A stretch of DNA of 64,000 bases, counting the filler, from Octopus bimaculoides (lineage: Eukaryota), in NCBI RefSeq assembly GCF_001194135.2. It is 4 parts of 3 records of this genome, joined end to end, with 100 filler letters (N's around TTAATTAATTAA, not from the genome) between each part and the next. Parts side by side here need not be neighbours in the genome. Positions count along the whole stretch, not along the records: positions 48,087 to 64,000 come from NC_069002.1; 3 more parts are not named here. One strand, given 5' to 3'. Positions within the stretch are counted from its first letter, which is position 1, and every line of letters starts with the position of its first letter. The notes beneath the pieces are model-generated. The model was not told the origin of the DNA, did not search any database, and saw nothing but the letters and a program-made list of their open reading frames with translations. A program made the position numbers and the translations under genes. Below, piece by piece: positions 52,834 through 64,000 of this stretch.

Positions 52834-52869
52834 CTTTGACGTTTCGAGCCTACGCTCTTCAACAGAAAG
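52834..52869 (-). ncRNA. 36-nt hammerhead-like motif with CUGUUGA core (second copy 35979-36014 plus)
   Basis: CUUU-CUGUUGA-A-GAGC-GUAG-GCUC-GAAAC-GUC-AAAG: stem I CUUU/AAAG, stem II GAGC/GCUC, stem III reduced to ACGU. Confidence 0.6.
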
Positions 52870-52942
52870 GAACACAGAAAGAAATAAGGAGAGAAACAAG
52901 GAGAAAAAAAATATAAATGTCAGCGATCTATATATATATATA

Positions 52943-53010
<68 letters not shown>

Positions 53011-53698
53011 CATATATAAATTTATATGTCTATATATATTTATATATTTATATATATATATATATTTATATATATATTCCCTGTCCACCATTCGCTATGA
53101 TATAGCCCTGAGCCGACCAAAGCCTTGTGACTGGGTCGGTAGATGGATTGTGGTTCACTACAGCTGTTTCAGACATTTTTTCTTTTTTTTTTATCTTATG
53201 AACAAAAGTGTTACATCAAGCAAAAACAAAATCGTTTTCATTAGATGAACACAGGTAAGAATTAATCTCAAGAACAAGTACATAGTGCTATTTAACTCTA
53301 CCGATGATCCAAATTCGGTTAGAGAGTAAAAAGTTTAGGTTAGCATCAAGTTTATAAAGGGTCACTCGTTATAAAGCCCGGAGTAAATGGAGAAGTATAA
53401 TGAAGTTATGGAGAGAGAAAGACTGAAGCGAGGAGAGAGAAGGGAAGATAGTGCACGATCTCATTTGATCTCGCAAAGACCTGTTCTTGGCGCTTTACTA
53501 TTTAAGCACCTGATTCTCTTGAATCCTAGAAATTTTATACATATATAATATTTTATAATACACGCACACACACACGACACATACACAAACATACACGCAC
53601 ACACAACGAGTATCTTCCAGCTTACATCTACTTAATTTCTTCACGTATTGTGTGTTCTTTTTCTGTGCATTTTTAAATATACATATATATATATATAT

Positions 53699-53763
<65 letters not shown>

Positions 53764-54674
53764 CATACATATNNNNNNNNNNNNNNNNNNNNNNNNNNNN
53801 NNNNNNNNNNNNNNNNNNNNNNNNNNNNNNNNNNNNNNNNNNNNNNNNNNNNNNNNNNNNNNNNNNNNNNNNNNNNNNNNNNNNNNNNNNNNNNNNNNNN
53901 NNNNNNNNNNNNNNNNNNNNNNNNNNNNNNNNNNNNNNNNNNNNNNNNNNNNNNNNNNNNNNNNNNNNNNNNNNNNNNNNNNNNNNNNNNNNNNNNNNNN
54001 NNNNNNNNNNNNNNNNNNNNNNNNNNNNNNNNNNNNNNNNNNNNNNNNNNNNNNNNNNNNNNNNNNNNNNNNNNNNNNNNNNNNNNNNNNNNNNNNNNNN
54101 NNNNNNNNNNNNNNNNNNNNNNNNNNNNNNNNNNNNNNNNNNNNNNNNNNNNNNNNNNNNNNNNNNNNNNNNNNNNNNNNNNNNNNNNNNNNNNNNNNNN
54201 NNNNNNNNNNNNNNNNNNNNNNNNNNNNNNNNNNNNNNNNNNNNNNNNNNNNNNNNNNNNNNNNNNNNNNNNNNNNNNNNNNNNNNNNNNNNNNNNNNNN
54301 NNNNNNNNNNNNNNNNNNNNNNNNNNNNNNNNNNNNNNNNNNNNNNNNNNNNNNNNNNNNNNNNNNNNNNNNNNNNNNNNNNNNNNNNNNNNNNNNNNNN
54401 NNNNNNNNNNNNNNNNNNNNNNNNNNNNNNNNNNNNNNNNNNNNNNNNNNNNNNNNNNNNNNNNNNNNNNNNNNNNNNNNNNNNNNNNNNNNNNNNNNNN
54501 NNNNNNNNNNNNNNNNNNNNNNNNNNNNNNNNNNNNNNNNNNNNNNNNNNNNNNNNNNNNNNNNNNNNNNNNNNNNNNNNNNNNNNNNNNNNNNNNNNNN
54601 NNNNNNNNNNNNNNNNNNNNNNNNNNNNNNNNNNNNNNNNNNNNNNNNNNNNNNNNNAGTGGTGGTGGTGGTAA

Positions 54675-54710
<36 letters not shown>

Positions 54711-54721
54711 CGATGGTGGTG

Positions 54722-54757
<36 letters not shown>

Positions 54758-55190
54758 GTACTGATGGTGCTTATGCTGGTTGTGGTGGTTGTGGTAGTGG
54801 TGGTCCTGGTGGTCGTGGTGGTGCTGCTGCTGCTGCTACGGTTGGTAATAGAGATTGCGGTGGTGCTCAGGCTGGTGACAGAGGTGGTAGTGGCGTCTGC
54901 GACTGTAATAGTGATGACGGTGGTGGTGGTGGTGGTGGTAGTGGTGGTGCTGGTGGTGTGTGGTGGTAGTGTACCCACTTGGTCAATGTCCGTACGCTGC
55001 TCATTTCGAGAGTGTTTCTGCAAGGGGACAGTTTGTTACTCCGTCTAGAACGGATTCCGCGGTCTTTGGAATCTAGCTAGCGTGAAGATCGAACCCTTTG
55101 CCTTCCTTTTTGTCAAAGAAGAACGAGTAGACTCCCCGTGACTGATGACTTTAGTGAAGGACGTTGTATAGTTGACGTGGTTAAAATATA

Positions 55191-55385
55191 TAGGCTGTCC
55201 TTAAATTATCTCTCTTATTTCAAAAAGTGAGGAGAAAAAATGAATAATTCGGCAGAGTTTATCGGAAAACAGGCAAACAAACTTTTATTAGAAACGTCAG
55301 AACACTTTCGTGTGGACTCCACCCGGAAGCTATCTGTTTGTTTGCTGAGTTTTTAAAATTGTAAAGGTAATTTATGGACAGCCTG
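55191..55385. mobile_element. Tc1/mariner-like MITE (~195 bp)
   Basis: Terminal inverted repeats TAGGCTGTCCTTAAATTA / TAATTTATGGACAGCCTG; left flank TA, right flank AA. Confidence 0.7.
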
Positions 55386-55627
55386 AATGTTATAGATAAT
55401 GGGGTTTTCAGAAGACGAAGTTTAGGGTTTAGAGGAAAAGACCGCCCTCTGATGGATTTTATAAACGGAGGATGAGATTAATGATATCAGTGTGGCTAAA
55501 CGGACCAGCTATAACTATGTGGCTATAGGTAAAGTGTGGGTGAGAGTATTTGAATTTAATGTAGCGGGAGAATTAGCGGGCTTTTTTGGAATATCTTTTG
55601 TTGATAAGGAGACAAGGTCATATTGAT

Positions 55628-56220
55628 TTCAGTCTTTGACACAAGGCCAGAAGTTTCGGGTGAGGAGGGGGAGACCGTAACCCGATTACATTGATCCCAG
55701 TAGTCAACTGGTCTTATTTGATCGACTCTGAAAAGGCCGAAAGGCAAAGACGATGCAATGGCGCTAAGCATTTTGCCCGGCGCGCTGACGCTTCTGCCAT
55801 CTCACTGCCTTCAGATTGAGTCATATTCTTTTCTACTCTAGGCACAAGGTCCGAAATTTTGGAGGAAGGGGTCAGTCTATTAGATCGACCCAGTACGCAT
55901 CTGGTACTTAATTTATCGACCCCGAAAGGATGAACGTAAAGAAAGACGAAATACCGTTAAGCATTTCGCCCGGCGTGCTAAGGTTTCTTATTTCTTTACT
56001 GCCCACAAGGGGCTGAACATAGAGGGAACAAACAAGGACAGACAAAGGGATCAAATCGATTATATCGACCCCAGTGCCTAACTAGTACTTAATTTATCGA
56101 CTCTGAAAGGATGAAACGTAAAGTCGACCTCGGCGGGATTTGAACTGAGAACGTAAAGACAGACAAAATACCGCTAAGCATTTCACCCGGCGTGCTAACG
56201 TTTCTGCCACCTCACCGCAT
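55628..56220 (-). mobile_element. Three tandem SINE family C copies
   Basis: Three successive family C bodies (~55628-55809, 55828-55990, 55990-56220); an 18-bp near-direct repeat TTCAGATTGA(G/A)TCATATT at 55810-55827 and 56221-56238. Confidence 0.88.
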
Positions 56221-56334
56221 TTCAGATTGAATCATATTAGATTAGTTATTATTATGATGTAGGCTGAGTAACTGTGTGAATTGTGTGATGGTTATAGAGA
56301 TTAGAGTGAAGGCGCAGGGTTCAGTGGTTAGGGC

Positions 56335-56557
56335 ATAACACCAATAGTGATTCTCTTATAGCACTGTTGTCATTTTATAGTAGTTTTCTTTTTCTATCAG
56401 CTCTCGTCCTCCCTGTATGCAAGGCATGTACATAGAACAATGGTGCTATATATAACACCAATAGTGATTCTCTTATAGCACTGTTGTCATTTCGTAGTAG
56501 TTCTCTTTTTCTATCAGCTCTCCCCCTCCCTGTATGCAAGGCAGGTATATAGAACAA
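56335..56557 (+). repeat. 117-bp tandem duplication (~1.9 copies)
   Basis: ATAACACCAATAGTGATTCTCTTATAGCACTG... starts at 56335 and at 56452. Confidence 0.92.
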
Positions 56558-56668
56558 GAATGCGTAGTGTTATTTTAATATATCGTAATTATTGTGTAGA
56601 ATGTGTGAAATTTGTCATATTGTTTTGTGATGATTTTGCAACAAATATGTTGTCATTAGATGTAGATT

Positions 56669-57045
56669 GTGGAGGCGCAATGGCCCAGTGGTTAGGGCAG
56701 CGGACTCGCGGTCATAGGATCGCGGTTTCGATTCCCAGACCGGGCGTTGTGAGTGTTTATCAAGCGAAAACACCTAAAGCTCCACGAGGCTCCGGCAGGG
56801 GATGGTGGCGAACCCTGCTGTACTCTTCCACCACAACGTTCTCTCACTCTTTCTTCCTGTTTCTGTTGTGCCTGTAATTCAAAGGGTCAGCCTTGTCACA
56901 CTGTCACGCTGAATATCCCCGAGAACTACGTTAAGGTTACACGTGTCTGTGGAGTGCTCAGCCACTTGCACGTTAATTTCACGAGCAGGCTGTTCCGTTG
57001 ATTGGATCAACTGGACGTCGTAAGCGACGGAGTGCCAACAACAAC
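56669..57045 (+). mobile_element. SINE family B, full-length with 11-bp TSD
   Basis: AGATGTAGATT at 56658-56668 and 57046-57056; A box TGGCCCAGTGG, B box GGTTTCGATTCC, CAACAACAAC tail. Confidence 0.95.
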
Positions 57046-58305
57046 AGATGTAGATTACATAGGAAGAAGATGTGTTGTCTGTAAATATTGTACTGTTTTA
57101 TTGAACTGGTAGTGCCTTACTTAGGATATGGACTATGCTTAGTAGAGCCCTCTTTTGGTTTATATATGACGTTATGAACCTAGTATATTTTATGTTATGT
57201 TTATAATTTTAATCATATCTTATGCTGCAAATGTTATTTTTGACGATTTCACTTTCGTACCCTACATTCGGTTTCTTTCAATTCCAATATGCTTCTACTT
57301 TGACCGTTCTCCACCGTCATCTTCTTCCAGGTAACGTTTGGCTCAGAAGAGATCAACATGTTTATCAGAACACCAAAACTTTCCTTCCAGTATCTGCTTG
57401 TTATATTAAGACAGTTTTTTTTCTTTCTTCATCTCTTAATCAGTATTGACAGACATCTCCCAGATGACTACAGTTAAATCGTAGTTATGTCGGTGTCGAA
57501 TCATCGACATATTGCCCCTTGGACATAGCGAAATGATTGTCTTTGTAAATATACTCTGCCTTAACCAGGAGTGGCCACTTTGAAATAACTTGGCCAATCA
57601 TATCATTGCTCTGGGTTTTATAGTCTGCACTAAATATATACATTTCGTTTCGTTTCTTTTTCTATTTATTTATTCATAGACATTAATCTCGGATGAGTAA
57701 AGTTAAATCTTATTTCGTTCTCTTTTGTTGTTTTATCGTTTTCTAAATCTTTTGATTTTGTGCAATCAGTTTATAGTTTGTATTTTAATCTTTCCTAATA
57801 TAGAGATAGGGAAGTTGTTGCTTTNNNNNNNNNNNNNNNNNNNNNNNNNNNNNNNNNNNNNNNNNNNNNNNNNNNNNNNNNNNNNNNNNNNNNNNNNNNN
57901 NNNNNNNNNNNNNNNNNNNNNNNNNNNNNNNNNNNNNNNNNNNNNNNNNNNNNNNNNNNNNNNNNNNNNNNNNNNNNNNNNNNNNNNNNNNNNNNNNNNN
58001 NNNNNNNNNNNNNNNNNNNNNNNNNNNNNNNNNNNNNNNNNNNNNNNNNNNNNNNNNNNNNNNNNNNNNNNNNNNNNNNNNNNNNNNNNNNNNNNNNNNN
58101 NNNNNNNNNNNNNNNNNNNNNNNNNNNNNNNNNNNNNNNNNNNNNNNNNNNNNNNNNNNNNNNNNNNNNNNNNNNNNNNNNNNNNNNNNNNNNNNNNNNN
58201 NNNNNNNNNNNNNNNNNNNNNNNNNNNNNNNNNNNNNNNNNNNNNNNNNNNNNNNNNNNNNNNNNNNNNNNNNNNNNNNNNNNNNNNNNNNNNNNNNNNN
58301 NNNNN

Positions 58306-58418
58306 AACGAAAACACAATGAGAAACGAAAACACAATGAGAAACGAAAACACAATGAGAAACGAAAACACAATGAGAAACGAAAACACAATGAGAAACGA
58401 AAACACAATGAGAAACGA
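58306..58418 (+). repeat. 18-bp tandem repeat (AACGAAAACACAATGAGA) x6.3
   Basis: Six perfect units read directly, emerging from a gap and abutting the CR1 fragment. Confidence 0.95.
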
Positions 58419-58577
58419 CTGCTCCCAATTATGGTCACCACATAGTGCCAAACTAACAGCGGAGCTTGAAGCAGTCCCGTGCCACCACACTAAAAAGATT
58501 GAAACAGTGCCGCGGATGAGCCACAGGGAGAGGCTGAGAAAACTGCAAGTTTACTCCCTGGAACGAAGGCGTGAGAT
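58417..58577 (+). mobile_element. CR1/L2-group LINE RT C-terminal fragment
   Basis: DCSQLWSPHSAKLTAELEAVPCHHTKKIETVPRMSHRERLRKLQVYSLERRRE matches the YCSxxWSP...LExVQ...Y.ERL..L.L.SLE.RR motif. Confidence 0.82.
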
Positions 58578-58796
58578 ATATGTGTGTGTCTGTGTTTGTC
58601 TCCCCATCATCGCTTGGCAACCGGTGTTGGCGTGTTTACGTCCCCGTAACGTAGTGGTTCGGTAAAGAGATGACGATAGAATAAGTACTGAGCTTTAAAA
58701 TAAGTCCTGGGGTCGAATTGTTCGACTAAAACGCTGCAAGGCGGTGCTCCAGCATAGCCGCAGTCAAATGACTAAAACAAATAAAGAAATAAAAGT
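58578..58796 (+). mobile_element. SINE family A 3' half
   Basis: GTGTTTACGTCCCCGTAACGTAGTGGTTCGG...GGCGGTGCTCCAGCATAGCCGCAGTCAAATGAC. Confidence 0.85.
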
Positions 58797-58824
58797 ATGT
58801 GTGTGTATGTGTGTNNNNNNNNNN

Positions 58825-58881
<57 letters not shown>

Positions 58882-59483
58882 TCACATATATATACATATA
58901 TATATAAACATATATATATATATACACATACACATATACACACGCACACATAAATACACACGTACACATATATACACACACATACTCAAATATGTGTGTG
59001 TGTATGTGCGTGTCATTACTAATATTAATAGTCGCAGGCTTAAAATAGTTACCGAGCTTATATGCAATAACCGTTACCATTTACTTGGAGCTGTTAATAG
59101 TTGTGTGCTTAACTGGAAGATATTTAGTTTGGGAACCAACGAGATTTTTCAATAGAAGCTGTTATATCTAATAGAGGCCATTATCACAGTCCAGCACGGC
59201 AATCGAAGACGGGAATTGGAATTGACAGATGGATAACAGGATTTACAACGGTAACAACGGTAATATCAACAACGACACCACAGCAGCAGGTACACGATTT
59301 ATATACATTGCATCGGAAAGCTATTACACTATCCTACCTACCTATATACATATATATAGAGAGAGAGAGAGAGAGGGGGAGGGAGGGAGACAGACAGACA
59401 GACAGACAGAAAGAGAGAGACAGAGAGAGAGACACAGAGAGAGACAAAGAGAGAGACAGAGAGAGAGACACAGAGAGAGAGAA

Positions 59484-59517
<34 letters not shown>

Positions 59518-59929
59518 NNNNNNNNNNNNNNNNNNNNNNNNNNNNNNNNNNNNNNNNNNNNNNNNNNNNNNNNNNNNNNNNNNNNNNNNNNNNNNNNNNN
59601 NNNNNNNNNNNNNNNNNNNNNNNNNNNNNNNNNNNNNNNNNNNNNNNNNNNNNNNNNNNNNNNNNNNNNNNNNNNNNNNNNNNNNNNNNNNNGTGTGTGT
59701 GTGTGTGTGTGCGTGTGTGTGTTAGTTGAATAGAGTTAAAACAGTTTGGTTTTCACGTTTTTTTTTTATTATGGTATTTTAACAAAATTAGCGCTTTTAT
59801 ACATAGTGTACTCATGAGATTTCAAATGTGTTTAACTGACAGTTGAGTTCTTAAGCAAAAGGCAACCATATAACCTAAAGAAACTATTAATAAAGACAAA
59901 ATTCAACATGAACAAACGGGATAACACAT

Positions 59930-60295
59930 TCACAGTATCCAAAGTGCAATGATAACAGATGCGAAACGTGTCAATATATGCATATTTGGTAAATCCATTA
60001 GAACAAAAAAATAAATGCAGATATGAACTGCAGAAGCAGAAATTTGATCTACTATATTAAATGCCCGAATTGCGAGGAATTATATATCGGCGAGACAGTG
60101 AATGCATTATCGGAATGCTCACGAGTCCACAGACAACAAATCCTGAACACCAATGTTTGCCAAATTCCATTGAGCGAACATATAGAGACGTGTGGTCAGA
60201 AAAGGTTTCTAATTTTTTTCCTTTTCTCAAACTACAAGGTTGGAAGAAAGGTAAAAGAAAAACGGTTTACTAAAATGTTCAAACTTGTTCTGAAC
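59930..60295 (+). mobile_element. Penelope-like element GIY-YIG endonuclease fragment (second family)
   Basis: KCNDNRCETCQY...MNCRSRNLIYYIKCPNCEELYIGETVNALSECSRVHRQQI...SEHIETCG...KEKRFTKMFKLVLN. Confidence 0.88.
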
Positions 60296-62437
60296 GGAAA
60301 TAACAGCAATAATATAACAACCAGCTAACGATGTGGATTAATAAATATAAACAAGATACAAAATATCGGTATACCTGATAAAACCGTGATGTTTAAGAGC
60401 ATGCGGAGTGGTCAAAAAGGTATTCTAAAAATTCAGCTGGTTGGAAAGTTCTAATAGGTACTNNNNNNNNNNNNNNNNNNNNNNNNNNNNNNNNNNNNNN
60501 NNNNNNNNNNNNNNNNNNNNNNNNNNNNNNNNNNNNNNNNNNNNNNNNNNNNNNNNNNNNNNNNNNNNNNNNNNNNNNNNNNNNNNNNNNNNNNNNNNNN
60601 NNNNNNNNNNNNNNNNNNNNNNNNNNNNNNNNNNNNNNNNNNNNNNNNNNNNNNNNNNNNNNNNNNNNNNNNNNNNNNNNNNNNNNNNNNNNNNNNNNNN
60701 NNNNNNNNNNNNNNNNNNNNNNNNNNNNNNNNNNNNNNNNNNNNNNNNNNNNNNNNNNNNNNNNNNNNNNNNNNNNNNNNNNNNNNNNNNNNNNNNNNNN
60801 NNNNNNNNNNNNNNNNNNNNNNNNNNNNNNNNNNNNNNNNNNNNNNNNNNNNNNNNNNNNNNNNNNNNNNNNNNNNNNNNNNNNNNNNNNNNNNNNNNNN
60901 NNNNNNNNNNNNNNNNNNNNNNNNNNNNNNNNNNNNNNNNNNNNNNNNNNNNNNNNNNNNNNNNNNNNNNNNNNNNNNNNNNNNNNNNNNNNNNNNNNNN
61001 NNNNNNNNNNNNNNNNNNNNNNNNNNNNNNNNNNNNNNNNNNNNNNNNNNNNNNNNNNNNNNNNNNNNNNNNNNNNNNNNNNNNNNNNNNNNNNNNNNNN
61101 NNNNNNNNNNNNNNNNNNNNNNNNNNNGAAACTGTGCTGAAGCCAATCATGTACATGTGTGCGCATGTTGTTCTGCATCTCCCCAAACTGCCAACCATTA
61201 TTTTTTTGTTTATGGCCCCGTTACTTAGCAGTTCGACAAAAAACACCGATAGAAATAAGTGACAGACGAATAAGTCAGTTTGTTGAACCACAACATTTCA
61301 AGGCAAACCCCTTCTTTGTCTTTCGTTATATGGAGCTAAACAACAACGACAAACTAAACCCTCGAGTCTGCACTCGGTCTTTCATTTATTTTAATTTTTC
61401 TTTCTTTTTTTTTTTTTTGCAATCCTTCCTTGCTAGAATTCCCTCCCTCAGTAACTCCTTCTTATCATAAACTAAACTTTAACCTTCTACATCTTTTACA
61501 GATAATTCTGTCTCTCAGTCAAAGAAAACCCGATAGAACTCCTCGCATGGCCATTTCTGTACAGATTATTTTTATAAAAAAACACTCAGGTATAACATCG
61601 AACTGTCGGCAGCATATGAAAGGGTTACATACGCGTCTGGAAATATAAAATGCATTTACCGCTGGAACTCCATTTAAAATAATCGCTACATTTAGTTATT
61701 ACATTAAATACAAAATCCTTAGCATGCAACTGTAACCAGTAAAAGAGTTAACTCGATATTCAACAGGATATATATTTGTAACAATGTTTAAACGAATCAG
61801 TCTTAGCTACTGCTGGCCTAGACATTAAACGGCCTTGAACTGACTAATTCGGGAAAAGGAAGCAAAAAGAAGAAATGAATATATAACATACGCAGAAAAT
61901 AGAACATCGAAGATGTCTGTGTTCTTTTTTAATATCAACTGAGATAATCCATGCCAGTATCTATTTTGGTAGACTACAAGAGTATGGCGTCACAGTTACT
62001 AAGAGAAGTATTCCTTGTAGTTAAATGGTGTCACCTGCAATCGTTTAACTGTGACCTAAATACCGATGTGAATAGTGTCGAGATAGGGAAGTGCTGGAGG
62101 AGAAACGCCGGGAGGTATCTCTGATGTTGCATTTGATGTATGTGGGATGAGGTCTATATTAGAGAGAGAGGTGTGAGAGAGAGACAGACAGATAGAGAGA
62201 TAGAGACAGAGATAGAGTATGTGTGTGAGAGGGAATAATGTGTGCAAGCGTCAGTGTATAAGAGAGGAAAGGAGAGAGAAAGAGAAGGAGAATAGATCGA
62301 AGGATGGATGAATAGACGGAGAGAGTAAGATAGACAGAGAGATCGATAGAGAGATAGAGTGACAGACAGATAGACAGATAGAGACAGACAGACAGACAAA
62401 CAGATAGATGGACTGACAGGTAGATACATATAGAATC

Positions 62438-62472
<35 letters not shown>

Positions 62473-62530
62473 TAGATAAATAAATAAATAAATAAATAAA
62501 TAGACAGACAGACAAACAGGCATAGATAGA

Positions 62531-62568
<38 letters not shown>

Positions 62569-63138
62569 CATACATACATACATACATACATACATACGGA
62601 GGTAGATAGATATGTGTGGGTGTGCGTGTGTATGTAACGAAGAAGAGTAGGAGGGAAGGAGGTGGAGAAGGAGCAGGAGGAGTAGGAGGTGAAGAAGAAG
62701 AAGAAGAAGAAGAAGAAGAAGAAGAAGAAGAAGAAGNNNNNNNNNNNNNNNNNNNNNNNNNNNNNNNNNNNNNNNNNNNNNNNNNNNNNNNNNNNNNNNN
62801 NNNNNNNNNNNNNNNNNNNNNNNNNNNNNNNNNNNNNNNNNNNNNNNNNNNNNNNNNNNNNNNNNNNNNNNNNNNNNNNNNNNNNNNNNNNNNNNNNNNN
62901 NNNNNNNNNNNNNNNNNNNNNNNNNNNNNNNNNNNNNNNNNNNNNNNNNNNNNNNNNNNNNNNNNNNNNNNNNNNNNNNNNNNNNNNNNNNNNNNNNNNN
63001 NNNNNNNNNNNNNNNNNNNNNNNNNNNNNNNNNNNNNNNNNNNNNNNNNNNNNNNNNNNNNNNNNNNNNNNNNNNNNNNNNCAGAGATAGACAGACAAAC
63101 AGACAGGCAGTCAAACAGACAGACAGACTGACAGAAAA

Positions 63139-63173
<35 letters not shown>

Positions 63174-63189
63174 TGTACGATCATTTTTT

Positions 63190-63645
63190 TATTTCTTTTG
63201 CTTCGATCAGGTTATTGATTTCAATATTGTTTTTATCAAACCAGTCCTGGTTTTTGGCCTTGGTGAAGCTGATTATAGTGTTTGCTATTTCTGTGATTGT
63301 GTCACGAATAGTTCTCCATTCTTCATCAACAGATTGGTCGTGCACTGGATTAAAACTAAGGCTTTGGCCTTTCAGTAAACATCAAGAAATCCATGGCCCT
63401 TGCACAACCAACCTCAAATTCCATCTAACCAGATTTTGATATTTTCATCTCTGATACACCTCTCAAACAAGTAGCCCATCTTCCGTATCTAGACAGCCTT
63501 TTATCAAACAAATGCACATCAGAAAACGTTATGAAGCACAGAATTGGAGCTGCACACGGGGCATTTGGAAAGCTAATGAAACGTATCTTTAACAACAAAG
63601 ATCTGAACTTAGCAACGAATATTATGTTCTATGATGATGTTGTCG
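63190..63645. mobile_element. RTE-clade LINE fragments in inverted (head-to-head) arrangement
   Basis: Minus strand ~63350-63190: QSVDEEWRTIRDTITEIA...KNQDWFDKNNIEINNLIEAK (EN-RT linker). Plus strand ~63355-63645: FGLSVNIKKS...LPYLDSLLSN...HRIGAAHGAFGKLMKRIF (RT C-terminus). Confidence 0.82.
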
Positions 63646-64000
63646 GTGGAGGCGCAACGGCCCAGTGGTTAGGGCAGCGGACTCGCGGTCGTAAGATCGT
63701 GGTCTCGATTCCCAGACCGGGCGTTGTGAGTGTTTATTGAGCGAAAACACCTAAAGCTCCACGATGCTCCAGCAGGGGATGGTGGCGAACCCTGCTGCAC
63801 TCTTTCACCACAACTTTCTCTCACTCTTACTTCCTGTTTCTGTTATGCCTGTAATTCAAAAGGTCGGCCTTGTCACACTGTGTCACGTTGAATATCCCCG
63901 AGAACTACGTTAAGGGTACACGTGTCTGTGGAGTGCTCAGCCACTTGCACGTTAATTTCACGAGCAGGCTGTTCCGTTGATCCGATCAACTGGAACCCCG
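63646..64000 (+). mobile_element. SINE family B inserted into an RTE LINE fragment; runs off the window end
   Basis: GTGGAGGCGCAACGGCCCAGTGGTTAGGGCAGCGG..., interrupting the RTE RT reading at FYDDVV. Confidence 0.93.

Noticed and set aside
55141-55165. CTGATGA followed by a small stem CTT-TAGTG-AAG
   Set aside because: No GAAA or stem III/cleavage triplet follows; not a hammerhead.
57250-57410. Minus-strand open frame YWKESFGVLINMLISSEPNVTWKKMTVENGQSRSILELK with faint Ig-like flavour
   Set aside because: No conserved Cys, weak acceptor, no partner exons.
58306-58418. CRISPR-like array
   Set aside because: Contiguous identical units with no spacers, in a eukaryotic context.
60365-60425. Possible hammerhead after the GIY-YIG fragment (TAC-CTGATAA-AACC...GGTC-AAAA-AGGTA)
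   Set aside because: Position is plausible for a pLTR, but both core halves are altered and there is no second copy to support it.
61502-61589. Plus-strand exon-like segment (TTTTACAG...CAG|GTATAA); similar single candidates at 7201-7252 and 51598-51628
   Set aside because: Splice-like signals alone, with unrecognisable peptides and no consistent chain.

Overview
Repeat-saturated, gap-ridden eukaryotic scaffold. The SINE families and microsatellite load suggest an octopus or related coleoid cephalopod (inference). No intact protein-coding gene can be supported, and nearly all supplied ORFs are microsatellite or N-gap artefacts. Supported content: (1) a triple-frameshifted, intronless PHF5A pseudogene at 1615-1948; (2) three tRNA-derived SINE families in many copies, some with target-site duplications; (3) decayed non-LTR retrotransposons (R4/Dong-like and a second RLE-type family, Tx1/L1, CR1, RTE), several embedded in specific microsatellites; (4) several Penelope-like element (PLE) fragments (RT and GIY-YIG); (5) a Helentron-type HINE and two Tc1/mariner-like MITEs. 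The most notable signal is a set of minimal type-I hammerhead-ribozyme motifs from four or five unrelated repeat families, most of them PLE-associated. One is a 36-nt family with a non-canonical CUGUUGA core, and one internally deleted PLE carries three hammerhead copies and is bounded by ~300-bp inverted repeats. PLE-associated hammerheads are a known class; these particular variants may be undescribed. A weak candidate minus-strand exon chain lies at 37174-39077. All alignments and folds were done by eye.
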